Source: Bacillota bacterium
Lineage (GTDB): Bacteria; Bacillota; Sulfobacillia; Sulfobacillales; Sulfobacillaceae
Assembly: GCA_026627065.1 (NCBI GenBank)
Contig: JAPNUO010000010.1
Coordinates: forward strand, 14,179 to 78,178
Length of the DNA stretch: 64,000 nt
Direction of reading: 5' to 3'
The position numbers and the translations under genes are program-made. The notes below the pieces were generated by a model, which did no database searches, was not told the DNA's origin, and saw only the letters and a program-made list of their open reading frames with translations. This document shows positions 28,421-38,328 of this stretch, one piece after another (the first letter of the stretch is position 1; every line of letters starts with the position of its first letter).

Positions 28421-29401
28421 ATGGTGCAAACCTTAGCTTTAAATGAAACGCTAAAGAACCGCTCGGTTCTCTCGCTGATGGAGTGGTCTCCCGCAGAAAT
28501 TCAACGCGTCCTTTACACCGCGCGGGTGATGAAACAGGAGCCCCTGTCGCCCTCCTTCCGACATGCTTTGGAAGGACAACATGTGGCCTTGATCTTTGAA
28601 TTGCCCTCCACCCGCACGCGCGTGTCCTTTCAGGTCGCCATCGAAAGTCTGGGAGCCACGGCGGTCGTGTTCGAGTGGAATCAAAGCCAGCTGGGCCGGG
28701 GAGAGCCTATCAAAGACACGGCGCGGGTGCTGTCGCGCTACGTGTCGGGCGTCGTGGCCCGCGTACGCGATCACGAAACGTTGCAGGAATGGCGCAAGTG
28801 GGCTTCGTGCCCCGTCTTCAACGCTTTGACCAACCGCATGCATCCTTTTCAAGTGTTGGCGGATGTCATGACCATCTGGGAAAAATTCGGCTACATGAAC
28901 GGACTGAAGCTCGCCTACTTCGGCGATGGCAACAATATGGCCAACTCCTACTTGGTCCTGGGTGCTAAACTGGGAATGGACGTGTGGATTGCCACGCCCA
29001 AGGAATTCCAACCGGCGGCCGATGTCGTTCAGTGGGCGCGGCAAGAGGCGCAGCTGACGGGGGCGGGCATCCATATCACCGACAATCCCACAGATGCGGC
29101 GGTGGGAGCAGACGTCATCGCAACGGATGTCTTTATGTCGATGGCGGACGATCCTGCCCTCAAGCAAGTTAAGCAAGAATTGATGGCGCCGTTTCAGGTC
29201 AACCAGCAATTGATGGCCCTCGCGAAGCCCGAAGCCATTTTTCTTCACTGCCTGCCGGCACACCGCGGGGAGGAGGTGACGGAAGAAGTCCTGGAGGGGC
29301 CGCAATCGGTGGTGTTTGACGAGGCGGAAAACCGCCTGTGGGTGCAAAAAAGCGTCCTATATCACGTCTTAGCCGATAGTTCGGCTGTCCTGGGAGGATA
29401 A
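28421..29401 (+). CDS. argF: ornithine carbamoyltransferase
   Basis: ATG at 28421 after GAGGAGG. Motifs STRTR, HPFQVLAD and HCLPAHRGEE. Confidence 0.93.
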   Translation: MVQTLALNETLKNRSVLSLMEWSPAEIQRVLYTARVMKQEPLSPSFRHALEGQHVALIFELPSTRTRVSFQVAIESLGATAVVFEWNQSQLGRGEPIKDTARVLSRYVSGVVARVRDHETLQEWRKWASCPVFNALTNRMHPFQVLADVMTIWEKFGYMNGLKLAYFGDGNNMANSYLVLGAKLGMDVWIATPKEFQPAADVVQWARQEAQLTGAGIHITDNPTDAAVGADVIATDVFMSMADDPALKQVKQELMAPFQVNQQLMALAKPEAIFLHCLPAHRGEEVTEEVLEGPQSVVFDEAENRLWVQKSVLYHVLADSSAVLGG

Positions 29402-29403
29402 CG

Positions 29404-30606
29404 ATGCGCATTGCTTTAGCCTATTCCGGAGGATTAGATACCTCCGTCATTATTCCCTGGTTAAAGGAACATTACGAGGCCGAGGTCTATGCGGTCACGG
29501 TCAATGTGGGGCAGCACGAAGACTTTGAAAAGCTGCGCCAAAAAGCGCTCGACTCCGGCGCCTCGGATATCTGGATTCCCGATTGCCGGCGCGAATTTAT
29601 CGAAGACTATGCCTTTCCCATGGTGGCGGCGGAAGCGCTTTACGAGGGGCGGTACATGCTGGGCACGGCCATCGCCCGACCGCTGATTGCCAAAAAGCTG
29701 GTCGAGGGCGCGGAGCGCTTTGGCGCCGAGGCCGTCGCCCATGGCGCCACCGGCAAGGGGAACGACCAGGTGCGGTTCGAGGTGGGAGTGATGGCGTTAA
29801 ACCCCCAGCTCGCCATTATCGCGCCCTGGCGCCTGTGGGATCTGAAAGGGCGCCAAGACGAAATGCGCTACGCTGCCGAACACCACATTCCGGTCGATTC
29901 CACCCCGGCTTCGCCGTATTCGCGCGACGAAAATCTGTGGCACGTCAGTCATGAAGGCGGGGTGCTGGAAGACCCCGCCACGCCTGTGCCGCCCGACGTC
30001 TATACTTGGACCGTGGCGCCCGAACAGGCACCGGACACTCCCGAATGGCTGAGCGTGCGGTTTGAAGGCGGGGTACCGGTCGGCCTCGACGGCGAAACCC
30101 TTGACCCTGTGCGCCTTGTCGAAGTGCTGAACGAGCGCGGGGGCCGGCACGGCGTGGGGCGGCTGACGCTGGTGGAAAACCGCCTCGTGGGCATCAAGTC
30201 GCGCGGGGTGTATGAAACGCCGGCCGGGACCATTTTATACGCCGCCCATCATGCGCTCGTCACCCTCACCTGGGATCGCGATTTAGCTTTCTTCATGACC
30301 GACGTGGGCAACCGCCTGGCACGGCTGGTCTACGACGGGCTTTGGTTCTCGCCGCTCCGGGAGACGCTCTTGGCTGCCGTCCGTCAAGCGAACCAGCGGG
30401 TCACCGGCACGGTCCTGCTGAAGTTGTACCGGGGCCAAGTCACGGCAGAAGCGGTGAAGGAGGCGCCGTATTCTCTCTATTCGCCGGAGCTGGCCACCTT
30501 TGAAGCGAGCCAGTTTAGCCACCAGGACGCCCAGGGCTTTATCCGCCTTTGGGGGCTGTCCAGTCAAGTCAATGGGGCAGTCACGCGCGGACGGGGGCAA
30601 TCTTGA
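29404..30606 (+). CDS. argG: argininosuccinate synthase
   Basis: 400 aa. AYSGGLDTS P-loop-like motif, HGATGKGNDQVRFE, SRDENLWHVSHEGG. Confidence 0.95.
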   Translation: MRIALAYSGGLDTSVIIPWLKEHYEAEVYAVTVNVGQHEDFEKLRQKALDSGASDIWIPDCRREFIEDYAFPMVAAEALYEGRYMLGTAIARPLIAKKLVEGAERFGAEAVAHGATGKGNDQVRFEVGVMALNPQLAIIAPWRLWDLKGRQDEMRYAAEHHIPVDSTPASPYSRDENLWHVSHEGGVLEDPATPVPPDVYTWTVAPEQAPDTPEWLSVRFEGGVPVGLDGETLDPVRLVEVLNERGGRHGVGRLTLVENRLVGIKSRGVYETPAGTILYAAHHALVTLTWDRDLAFFMTDVGNRLARLVYDGLWFSPLRETLLAAVRQANQRVTGTVLLKLYRGQVTAEAVKEAPYSLYSPELATFEASQFSHQDAQGFIRLWGLSSQVNGAVTRGRGQS

Positions 30607-31994
30607 TGGATGAGATGGCCCGCAGCCAGCGCTTCGAAAGCCAGCTGGACCCGGCCGTGGAACGGTTTTTGTCCTCGCTGCGCTTCGACTGGCGCCTGCT
30701 AGGCGATGATGTGGAGGGTTCGCTGGCGCACGTCGCCATGCTTCGCCGTCAGGGCATCCTGCCTGAAGACATTGCCGAGAGGATCCAGGCGGCCCTTCAG
30801 GAGATTCGCCGCGAATGGCAGGCCGGCACGCTGGAGCCCAAGCGCGCCTGGGAAGACGTGCACATGAATGTGGAAGGGCGGCTCCACGAAAAAATCGGCC
30901 CGGAGGCAGGCTATTTGCACACAGCCCGCAGCCGCAACGACCAAGTGGCGGTCGACATGCACCTGTACATGCGGCGGGAAGGGGCCGCGCTTCGCCAAGA
31001 ACTGCTGGAGCTTCTGAGGGCGCTTTTGCGCACGGCGGAAAAGAGTCAGGGCATCATTATGCCAGGGTATACCCATTTGCAGCCGGCGCAGCCGATTCTC
31101 ATGGCCCACTACTGGCTCGCATACGCCGCTATGTTTCAGCGCGACGTGGGGCGCCTGGACGATTGGGCGCGCCGCGTGGACGTCTCGCCTCTGGGAGCCG
31201 GCGCCTTGGCCGGCACCCCGTATCCGACCAACCCGGATTTTACCCGGCAAGCGCTCGGTTTTTCCGCGCTCTATGAAAATTCCCTGGACGCGGTGTCCGA
31301 CCGCGACTTTTTGTTGGAATTTCTCGCGTGGGCCAGCCTTTTCATGGTGCACGTGAGCCGCTTAAGCGAAGAACTCGTTTTGTGGTCCAGCCAAGAATTT
31401 GGCTACCTCACGATGGGCGACCGGTACAGCACGGGCTCTTCGATTATGCCCCAAAAGAAGAATCCCGACGTCGCCGAGCTCTTGCGGGGCAAGAGCGGGC
31501 GGGTTTTCGGGCATTTGATGGGGCTGCTGACGGTGATGAAGGGGCTGCCGTTGGCATACCACACGGACATGCAGGAAGACAAAGAGGCGGTCTTCGACGT
31601 GGTCGACACTGTGCACGGCGTGCTCAGCGTGCTGCCAGGCCTGTTGGACAGCCTCACCTTTCATCCTGACGTCACGTACCAGAACGCCCAGCAGCATTAC
31701 ACCAACGCGACCGACCTCGCCGACCGCCTGGCGCAGGCCGGGATGCCGTTTCGCCAAGCCCACCACCGCGTGGGCCGCCTCGTGCACGACCTCTACCAAC
31801 GCGGCTATCGCGGTTTTCACGAGGTGCCGCGCGACGTCTGGAACAGTGTGGCTCAGGACATCCCCTATGAGTGGCTTCAAGCATTAACCCCCGAACAACT
31901 GATTGCCGCCCGGCAACAACCGTTTGCCACGGCGCCGGAGGCCGTCGCCCGCCAGTTGTCGGCATTGCGCGCCTGGCTTTCCGCCAACGCGTAG
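30606..31994 (+). CDS. argH: argininosuccinate lyase
   Basis: The ATG overlaps the argG TGA. Fumarate-lyase signature GSSIMPQKKNPD, plus TARSRNDQV. Confidence 0.93.
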   Translation: MDEMARSQRFESQLDPAVERFLSSLRFDWRLLGDDVEGSLAHVAMLRRQGILPEDIAERIQAALQEIRREWQAGTLEPKRAWEDVHMNVEGRLHEKIGPEAGYLHTARSRNDQVAVDMHLYMRREGAALRQELLELLRALLRTAEKSQGIIMPGYTHLQPAQPILMAHYWLAYAAMFQRDVGRLDDWARRVDVSPLGAGALAGTPYPTNPDFTRQALGFSALYENSLDAVSDRDFLLEFLAWASLFMVHVSRLSEELVLWSSQEFGYLTMGDRYSTGSSIMPQKKNPDVAELLRGKSGRVFGHLMGLLTVMKGLPLAYHTDMQEDKEAVFDVVDTVHGVLSVLPGLLDSLTFHPDVTYQNAQQHYTNATDLADRLAQAGMPFRQAHHRVGRLVHDLYQRGYRGFHEVPRDVWNSVAQDIPYEWLQALTPEQLIAARQQPFATAPEAVARQLSALRAWLSANA

Positions 31995-32009
31995 AACGCC
32001 CCGCCGAGC

Positions 32010-32035
32010 AGAAGCCGGGAACTGTCCCGGCTTCT
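32010..32035. terminator. hairpin between convergent argH and ldt paralog 2
   Basis: AGAAGCCGGGA - ACTG - TCCCGGCTTCT. There is no clear U-tract on either strand. Confidence 0.45.
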
Positions 32036-32052
32036 CGCTATCGGGCGTCCGG

Positions 32053-33402
32053 TTAACGCCCCGGCGCTACCGGCACCCCCACCGGATTGACGGTGACCAG
32101 GGTGCCGTAGTGAACGGTCTGGTAAATCAGCGGGGCCACCGAGACTGGCACCTCGACGCATCCTAAGCTTTGGGGAAACCCGTAGGCAGCGCGCACAAAC
32201 CCATGGACCGCGTCGCCGCCATAAAAATAGTTGATCCAGTGCACCGGATCCGCATAGGGCTGACCCCAAGGGTTGACGCCTTGCATCACCTGAAACGGCA
32301 GCCGCTCATAAATCGGATAGGTGCCGAGCTCGGTCGGCGATTGGGGAATGCCGGTATTGCACAAGGTCTTCAGGACGAGTTTGTTGTCCACCCAGAGCTC
32401 CAGCGTTTCCGGTTCGGTTTCCGTGACCCAGATGTAGGTATAGGGATACGGGCTGGTTTTCCCGCGCAGGCGGTCTAAAATCAGTGCCCGCCACACCGAC
32501 GGGGTCAGCATCCCGTTGGGATCCATTCCTTGGGCCCGTTGAAACTGCATTAAGGCCCCTTCCGTAATCACGTTCATGCTGCCGACCGTCCAAAGAGCCT
32601 TGAGTTGGCTCGGCAGATTCGGGTATTTCCAGACGAAATGGCCGCCCGGCGGCTGATACAAAGCCTGCACCTCGGACGCCAGAGTGCGTGGGTTCGGCGG
32701 CTTGTCGGGGCTAAACGCCACCGGCAAGTACCCTTCTTCCGCCAAGAGCTCCTGCAGGCGCAAGATCGACCCGCTTGGCGTCTGCCAGGTGAGGCTGACC
32801 GCCCTCTCCAGCGTAGCTCCGGCGACGCTGACCGGTCCGCGCTCTCCCGCCGGAATAACGAGCCGGACCGTCGCCCCTGGTCCGAAGCCGAACGGCGCCG
32901 AGGGCGTAAACGCGTAGGTGCGCGGCGTCAAGGCCTTCCATCGTCCGGCAATCCCGGGAGTGATCCGCCAGGCCGCCAAATGCGGCGTTTTGATTGGCTG
33001 AGAAAATTCGACCACGATCGGGCCCGATCCTGAGGACACAGCGCGCGACGCCGCGTGAACCCCAAGATCAGCAGAATCTCGCCGGTCACCTTGGGCCGTA
33101 CGGCGCTTGCCGTGCCCGCGGCGAAGTCTCGAAACCCTCGTGAGCGCTTGGCTCCGACGGGAAGAGGGCGATACCGTGGCCCTGGTTGAGGTCATGACGC
33201 CGAGCGCACGCGCGCGCCGACGCGGCGCCTGCGTGTGAACCAAAGCGGTCTCCCGCGTATGCGCGGACACCGGCCCCCCTGGCGAAAACCACCACCCTCC
33301 CGCGCTGACAACCAGTGCAAGACTCGCCATCAGGGCAATCCGGGCGACGAATCGCTCCCAAGCGCCTCTTCCCGGCTTTTTGCCCCACCGTCGTTTCGGC
33401 AT
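32053..33402 (-). CDS. L,D-transpeptidase (YkuD domain) with PG-binding domain, paralog 2
   Basis: 449 aa. The C-terminal ~330 aa are collinear with the 18181-19866 product (LRLQELLAEEGYLPV, ETLELWV, HGFVRAAYGFPQSLGCVEVP). Confidence 0.88.
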   Translation of the reverse strand: MPKRRWGKKPGRGAWERFVARIALMASLALVVSAGGWWFSPGGPVSAHTRETALVHTQAPRRRARALGVMTSTRATVSPSSRRSQALTRVSRLRRGHGKRRTAQGDRRDSADLGVHAASRAVSSGSGPIVVEFSQPIKTPHLAAWRITPGIAGRWKALTPRTYAFTPSAPFGFGPGATVRLVIPAGERGPVSVAGATLERAVSLTWQTPSGSILRLQELLAEEGYLPVAFSPDKPPNPRTLASEVQALYQPPGGHFVWKYPNLPSQLKALWTVGSMNVITEGALMQFQRAQGMDPNGMLTPSVWRALILDRLRGKTSPYPYTYIWVTETEPETLELWVDNKLVLKTLCNTGIPQSPTELGTYPIYERLPFQVMQGVNPWGQPYADPVHWINYFYGGDAVHGFVRAAYGFPQSLGCVEVPVSVAPLIYQTVHYGTLVTVNPVGVPVAPGR

Positions 33403-33635
33403 TTTCTCGCCTCGCTTTCAGCCAACACTAAAGGATATTGCCGTTACTTATTAAACGTCAGGCGTTCCCGCCGTGTTGCCTTGGCCAAGCGTTCGCAAGC
33501 AAAAGATTTCGCGACATTTTTTGCGTCTGGGACATTTTGGGTCGTGATTTGTCGAGCCTCGCGCGTTTACCTACGCTGTCTCTGGGTCAAACTATCGGTG
33601 CAGGACGCGCGCAGTCCCAGGGAAAGGAATTTCTC

Positions 33636-34835
33636 ATGCGCTTCATGATGAACCCTTGGCTTAGCCGACTCGTCATTACCGTCTGGTATGGTCTGGCGGT
33701 CAGCCACCTTTGGCCCCCTGCTTCCGTCGTGCACGGCACAACGATTCACGGATACCGGTTGTGGGCTTTCGGCCATTTGGCCTACTCCGACATCTTTGCC
33801 CTCTATCAAAACCACCGCTTCTACACCCGGGCCTTCCCGTACGTCAAAACCCCCGTGGAGTACCCGGTGCTGATGGGGGTCCTGATGTGGGCCGTAAGCG
33901 CTGTCACCACCTCGGCCAAAGGTTTCTTTGCGGTCACCGCCGCCCTCCTGTGGCTAGCCGCATTGGCGAGCTATCAATACTTTCGCCGGGTATCGCCAGC
34001 AGTGGCCGGGGCTTTTGCCTGGAATCCCTTGCTATTGGTGTACGGCTTGTTGAATTGGGATATGCTTGGCATTCTCTGGCTTCTGATAGCGCACGACGCG
34101 TATCGACGCCACCGATACCGACTCTCTGCGGCGTTTTGGGCCGCGGCGGTCTTTTTTAAGTTCTTTCCTGTTTTCTTCCTGCTCCCGCTGGCCGCCGCCC
34201 TCTGGCGCCCGCCCCATCGCGCTCTGTTCTGGCGCATGCTCGGCGTGTTCTCCCTCACGGCGGCGATCGTGAACCTGCCTTTTGCGCTGTTAAACTGGAA
34301 CAACTGGTCTCTTTTCTTTACCTTCAACGCCGCCCGGCCCGTCGCCGGCGATCTTTGGAACAACGCCTTTGTTCATCTGGCGTCCCCGCGCGTGGTGGAC
34401 CTCGCTTCCCTGGCAGTGGTGCTTGCGGCTTACCTTTTGGTTCTCAAAAACCTCCCCCGCCCGTGGAGCGTTGAAGCCGGCGCCGCATTTTTCTTTGCGG
34501 TATTTCTGGTGGTCAACAAAGTCTTCTCGCCTCAATACATGCTCTGGCTGACCGCCTTTGGCCTCTTGGCCGGATGGCCCCCATGGGCGTCCATCCTTCT
34601 CGCCTTGGCCGGGCTCGTCGACTACGTGAACTCGTTGGCCATGATGTATTTGACATTAGTCCCCGGGGATGCCGATGCCGCTCGATGGTATGGCGCCACC
34701 CTATACCAGGTCGGCCTCTTTCTTCGCTATAGCTCCCTTACCGCAGTCATTGGTGGCTCTCTTGAAAAGCTGGCCATCCTTCCCGGCCGGCGCGCCTCCT
34801 TGGTTTCCCCTCGTACCCCCGCCGACGAACGATAG
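33636..34835 (+). CDS. polytopic membrane glycosyltransferase-like protein (DUF2029/GT87-like, GT-C fold)
   Basis: 399 aa from MRFMMNPW, with SD GGAAAGGA upstream. First-loop motif YSDIFALY...FPYVKTPVEYPVLMG and about 10 TM helices. The family call is by eye only. Confidence 0.55.
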   Translation: MRFMMNPWLSRLVITVWYGLAVSHLWPPASVVHGTTIHGYRLWAFGHLAYSDIFALYQNHRFYTRAFPYVKTPVEYPVLMGVLMWAVSAVTTSAKGFFAVTAALLWLAALASYQYFRRVSPAVAGAFAWNPLLLVYGLLNWDMLGILWLLIAHDAYRRHRYRLSAAFWAAAVFFKFFPVFFLLPLAAALWRPPHRALFWRMLGVFSLTAAIVNLPFALLNWNNWSLFFTFNAARPVAGDLWNNAFVHLASPRVVDLASLAVVLAAYLLVLKNLPRPWSVEAGAAFFFAVFLVVNKVFSPQYMLWLTAFGLLAGWPPWASILLALAGLVDYVNSLAMMYLTLVPGDADAARWYGATLYQVGLFLRYSSLTAVIGGSLEKLAILPGRRASLVSPRTPADER

Positions 34836-34905
34836 CGCGGCCGTATTGCTTGGCATAAAGGCGGCCGCCGCGGGAATCCTACCTATGGCAAAGGGGGAAG
34901 ATCCA

Positions 34906-35103
34906 ATGCACCACCGTTTCAGCACGACGCTCGCGCTCCTGGCCATTGCCGCAGCCTGCGGCCTGCCAGGGTTAGCCCAGGCAGCCCCTGAGCGGGTCAT
35001 CGCCGTCAAACACCCAGCGGTCATCAAACCCTATCGATCCCTCGGCGCCCACCCCTCGGCACCGGTCCCCGGCGAGCCTCCCGAACGGCTCTGGACCCCT
35101 TAG
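34906..35103 (+). CDS. small secreted peptide (hypothetical)
   Basis: 65 aa: MHHRFSTTLALLAIAAACGLPGLAQA followed by a Pro-rich tail. AAGGGGGAAG lies 5 nt upstream. It converges with and overlaps the next gene by 4 nt. Confidence 0.35.
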   Translation: MHHRFSTTLALLAIAAACGLPGLAQAAPERVIAVKHPAVIKPYRSLGAHPSAPVPGEPPERLWTP

Positions 35104-35747
35104 ACCGATGTGCCCGGATCGGAAACGCGAAACAGCATCGGATGCATCATCAGCTGCCAGTGACGCGCGCGCCAAACGAGATAGAGCCCGGCCAGGTTGG
35201 TTAAATGCAGCCATTCGGCGGAATTCCAAGGCGCGCCCAGGATCGAGAGTGCCACGGCTTTCAAACAATCCGAGTGGGTCGCAGCGACAATGAGGGCAGG
35301 GGCGGCGTACTGGCTTCGCACAGCGTCCAAAAAGGCCTGCATGCGCTGGGCTACTTCGCTCAGCTTTTCTCCGCCCTCCGGCGCGCCCAATTCGGGATCC
35401 GCCTTCCAGGCGTGGTAACGCTCTCGCTCTTCTCTTTCGATGTCTTCGACGATCCTCCCGTCCCACCGTCCTAAGCCAATCTCATGCAAGCGATCATCGA
35501 TGTGGACTTGCTGCCCCGGCGGCAGAAAGGCCTCAGCAGTCGTTCGGGTCCGGGAGAGGCGGCTCGAGTACACGGCAGTGACCGGCGCATCCCGCCAGAG
35601 ATTGGCCAGCGCTTGCACCTCGCGCAGGCCCTCAGGCGTCAACTCGGGGTCTCCCCGGTGCGAAACGATGCGGTTTTCTCGATTGGCCACGCTTTCGCCG
35701 TGGCGCACCAAAAACACAGCCAACTCGTGTGCGGGTCGTCTTTCCAT
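35100..35747 (-). CDS. histidine phosphatase family protein (PGM/cobC-like)
   Basis: RHG motif FLVRHGESVANRE and a distal His in ATHSD. The ATG overlaps the P450 TGA (ATGA). Confidence 0.85.
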   Translation of the reverse strand: MERRPAHELAVFLVRHGESVANRENRIVSHRGDPELTPEGLREVQALANLWRDAPVTAVYSSRLSRTRTTAEAFLPPGQQVHIDDRLHEIGLGRWDGRIVEDIEREERERYHAWKADPELGAPEGGEKLSEVAQRMQAFLDAVRSQYAAPALIVAATHSDCLKAVALSILGAPWNSAEWLHLTNLAGLYLVWRARHWQLMMHPMLFRVSDPGTSV

Positions 35748-36895
35748 CAACGCGTCACCTTCACGGGCAAATGCTTCAGTCCTAACACTATCCATCCCTC
35801 CACCGGCATCAGCTCCTCGGACGGCGCCAACAGCTCATAACGCGTCACCCCTGCCGCCAGCAGGGCCTCAAAGGTCAAGCGCGATTCTAGGCGGGCCAAG
35901 GGCGCTCCCAGGCAATAATGAATGCCGTAGCCAAACGCCAGATGCGGATTGGGCTTTCGGTGGAGATCAAAGTCCTCCGCCTCCGCAAACTTCTCTCCGT
36001 CATGGTTGGCGGACCCAATCCAGGCGATTACGCGCTCTCCCGCACGAAATTCCTGATCATGCCAGCTCATGTCGTGCCGCACGTGGCGGAACATGGCCTG
36101 TACCGGCGACCGGTAGCGCAGCACCTCCTCGATGGCGTCGGGCAGGACTTCGGGAGCGGTCCGGAGAGCCTCCCATACCTCTGGTTGCTCCGCAAAAGTC
36201 CAGACGGCGTTGGTAATCAGGTTGGTGGTCGTTTCATTCCCCGCCACCAGCAGTAAATCGCAAAAGGAAATCACTTCCGCATCCGTCAGCCGCCGCCCGT
36301 CAACCTCGGCTCGTATCAGAGACGAGATCAAATCGTCCCCGTCCGGCCGCTGGCGGCGATCCTGAATCACCTGCGAAAAATATTCGCTCATCGCGCGCGT
36401 GGCCGACCGCCCCAGCGCGTGGTTCTCGGTTCCCGCCACGATCTGATCCGACCAAGCCTTGAACTGCGGCCGATCCTCGGTGGGAATGCCAAGCATCTCG
36501 GCAATCACCAGCACCGGCAGCTGGGCGCTGAAATCATCCACCACGTCGAATCGCCCCGCAACGAGACAACGGCTCAACAGCGATTCCACCAGGCCGCGAA
36601 TGCGACCAGCCATCTGGTCTACGGCGCGCGGGGTAAAGGCCCGCGACACCAGATCGCGCATCTTGCGATGAGCCGGCGGGTTCAAGCCAATGATGCTCGC
36701 CCCCGGGCCAATGGCCTCGGGATGCGGATCATCGTGGCCGGAACCGAAGCGATGAAAGTCGGAGAGCACCGTTTGAACGTCGTCATACCGATAAACCGAC
36801 CACACTCCGGTTCTGGGATCGCGATAGACGGGAAACTCTTGGCGCATTTGTCGGTACGCCGCAAAGGGATTGAGTCGCCTACTTGCCGTGGCCAT
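35747..36895 (-). CDS. cytochrome P450
   Basis: 382 aa from [12 protein letters not shown]-helix AGNETT, ExxR EEVLRY, and heme loop FGYGIHYCLGAPLA. Its start overlaps the VOC gene end by 17 nt. Confidence 0.9.
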   Translation of the reverse strand: MATASRRLNPFAAYRQMRQEFPVYRDPRTGVWSVYRYDDVQTVLSDFHRFGSGHDDPHPEAIGPGASIIGLNPPAHRKMRDLVSRAFTPRAVDQMAGRIRGLVESLLSRCLVAGRFDVVDDFSAQLPVLVIAEMLGIPTEDRPQFKAWSDQIVAGTENHALGRSATRAMSEYFSQVIQDRRQRPDGDDLISSLIRAEVDGRRLTDAEVISFCDLLLVAGNETTTNLITNAVWTFAEQPEVWEALRTAPEVLPDAIEEVLRYRSPVQAMFRHVRHDMSWHDQEFRAGERVIAWIGSANHDGEKFAEAEDFDLHRKPNPHLAFGYGIHYCLGAPLARLESRLTFEALLAAGVTRYELLAPSEELMPVEGWIVLGLKHLPVKVTR

Positions 36896-37247
36896 CACCT
36901 TCCTCCAAAAATCCCCACACGTTGCCCCAGGGATCCTGCACCTGCGCGACGCGCACGCCGTCTTCGCCGACAATCGGTCCGCGATAAGGATGCGCGCCGT
37001 GGGCCTGGAGATGCGCGAGAACTTCCTCCAGATTTTCCACCAACCAATACACCACCTGCGCGCCGGGGCCGGCGGGCGATTTCGCATCAGCCGGATGCAC
37101 GGTCACCGGGACGGACGCGATAACGCCCTGAATCAAGTGGGCCGAACGCCGCGTCAGGACCGCGCCCATGGCCGTGGTCAACCAAGTCCAATAGCCCTCC
37201 GGGTCGGGCGCAAAGAGGGTCACCTCGCCCACCCCCTTAATGGGCAT
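36879..37247 (-). CDS. VOC/glyoxalase-bleomycin resistance family protein
   Basis: 122 aa from [12 protein letters not shown]. The C-terminal [14 protein letters not shown] is typical of the family. Its start overlaps the msrA end by 11 nt. Confidence 0.75.
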   Translation of the reverse strand: MPIKGVGEVTLFAPDPEGYWTWLTTAMGAVLTRRSAHLIQGVIASVPVTVHPADAKSPAGPGAQVVYWLVENLEEVLAHLQAHGAHPYRGPIVGEDGVRVAQVQDPWGNVWGFLEEGDGHGK

Positions 37248-37776
37248 CCGGCACTCCTCCCCAATGGCGCTGGATGAACTCATCGCGGCCTGACGCCCTC
37301 CGATATCGCTGGTAGTGGTCGGGGTGCGTCACATAAAAATTCTGATGGTAGTCCTCGGCGGGATAGAAGGGTTGAGCGGGCAGAATCTCGGTAACAATCG
37401 GCTTTGAAAAGCGTCCGCTCCGGGCCAAGGCCTGCCGGCTTTCTTCCGCAGCTCGGCGCTGATCTTCCGAGTGGTAGTAGATGGCGGTACGGTAGGAGGA
37501 ACCGCGGTCAAAAAACTGGCCGTCCGGATCCGTGGGATCAATTTGCCTCCAAAAGACCTCCAACAGCTCGCGATAACTCGTCACTTCGGGATCAAAGGTA
37601 ATTTCCACCGCCTCCCGATGGCCTGTGGTGTGCGAACATACCTCCTCGTACGTCGGATTGACTGTGTGCCCGCCCGTATAGCCGGACACCACCCGTTTGA
37701 CCCCTGGCAGCTGGTCAAAAGGATGGACCATACACCAAAAGCACCCGCCGGCAAAGGTCGCCTTTTCTTCCGCCAT
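37237..37776 (-). CDS. msrA: peptide-methionine (S)-S-oxide reductase
   Basis: ATG at 37776 after AGGAGGGA. Active-site block [10 protein letters not shown], then GYTGG and GHREAV. Confidence 0.93.
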   Translation of the reverse strand: MAEEKATFAGGCFWCMVHPFDQLPGVKRVVSGYTGGHTVNPTYEEVCSHTTGHREAVEITFDPEVTSYRELLEVFWRQIDPTDPDGQFFDRGSSYRTAIYYHSEDQRRAAEESRQALARSGRFSKPIVTEILPAQPFYPAEDYHQNFYVTHPDHYQRYRRASGRDEFIQRHWGGVPDAH

Positions 37777-37862
37777 GGGAATCCCTCCTATTTTGTGCCG
37801 AATTTTCGTCCCCCGCCCATTATCCCACATTGCGATCCTCGCCAACGCCGTCTGCCCTTCCT

Positions 37863-37881
37863 CTTAGTTAAGTTACCTAAG
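37863..37881. promoter_or_regulatory. 19-bp palindrome, candidate MarR operator
   Basis: CTTAGTTAAGTTACCTAAG has 8 of 9 symmetric pairs. It lies 43 nt upstream of the MarR start in the msrA/marR divergent region. Confidence 0.45.
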
Positions 37882-37923
37882 GGATGTGGTATGATAAAGG
37901 GGGAAGAGAGGGGATGCGAAGGC

Positions 37924-38328
37924 ATGGATAGCCACGAAGAGGCCGCGCTAGCGCTCATGCAACTTCAGGACGCTTTGGCCGGACAGTATGCGAGCTTGTC
38001 CCGCCACAAAATGCGGCTCATGGTCAAGTTGCAGAACGGGCCGGTCAGTGTGTCCGAGCTTGCCGAACGCCTCAACATCTCGTCGCCCGCCGTGAGCCAG
38101 ATGATTGATAAACTGGCGAACGAAGGGTATGTGCGGCGGGAATCGCTCGGGGACGACCAGCGCGTGGTGGGCGTGAGCCTCACAGAGGCTGGGGCGGCCG
38201 CCCTGGTTGAGGCCCTGGACGCGTTCCGTCGGCGCGTCGACCTCATCCTTGCGCCTCTCGATAAGCGTGAGCGCGACACCTTTATTACCCTCCTCATGAA
38301 AATTGCCGAGGTGACCCGCGGTGAGTGA
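37924..38328 (+). CDS. MarR-family transcriptional regulator
   Basis: 134 aa: VSVSELAERLNISSPAVSQMIDKLANEGYVRRE...DQRVVGVSLTEAG. The track ORF (37471) carries a long non-homologous extension. Confidence 0.85.
   Translation: MDSHEEAALALMQLQDALAGQYASLSRHKMRLMVKLQNGPVSVSELAERLNISSPAVSQMIDKLANEGYVRRESLGDDQRVVGVSLTEAGAAALVEALDAFRRRVDLILAPLDKRERDTFITLLMKIAEVTRGE

Noticed and set aside
28451-29347. 298-aa minus-strand ORF
   Set aside because: It is antisense to argF, which has all OTC motifs.
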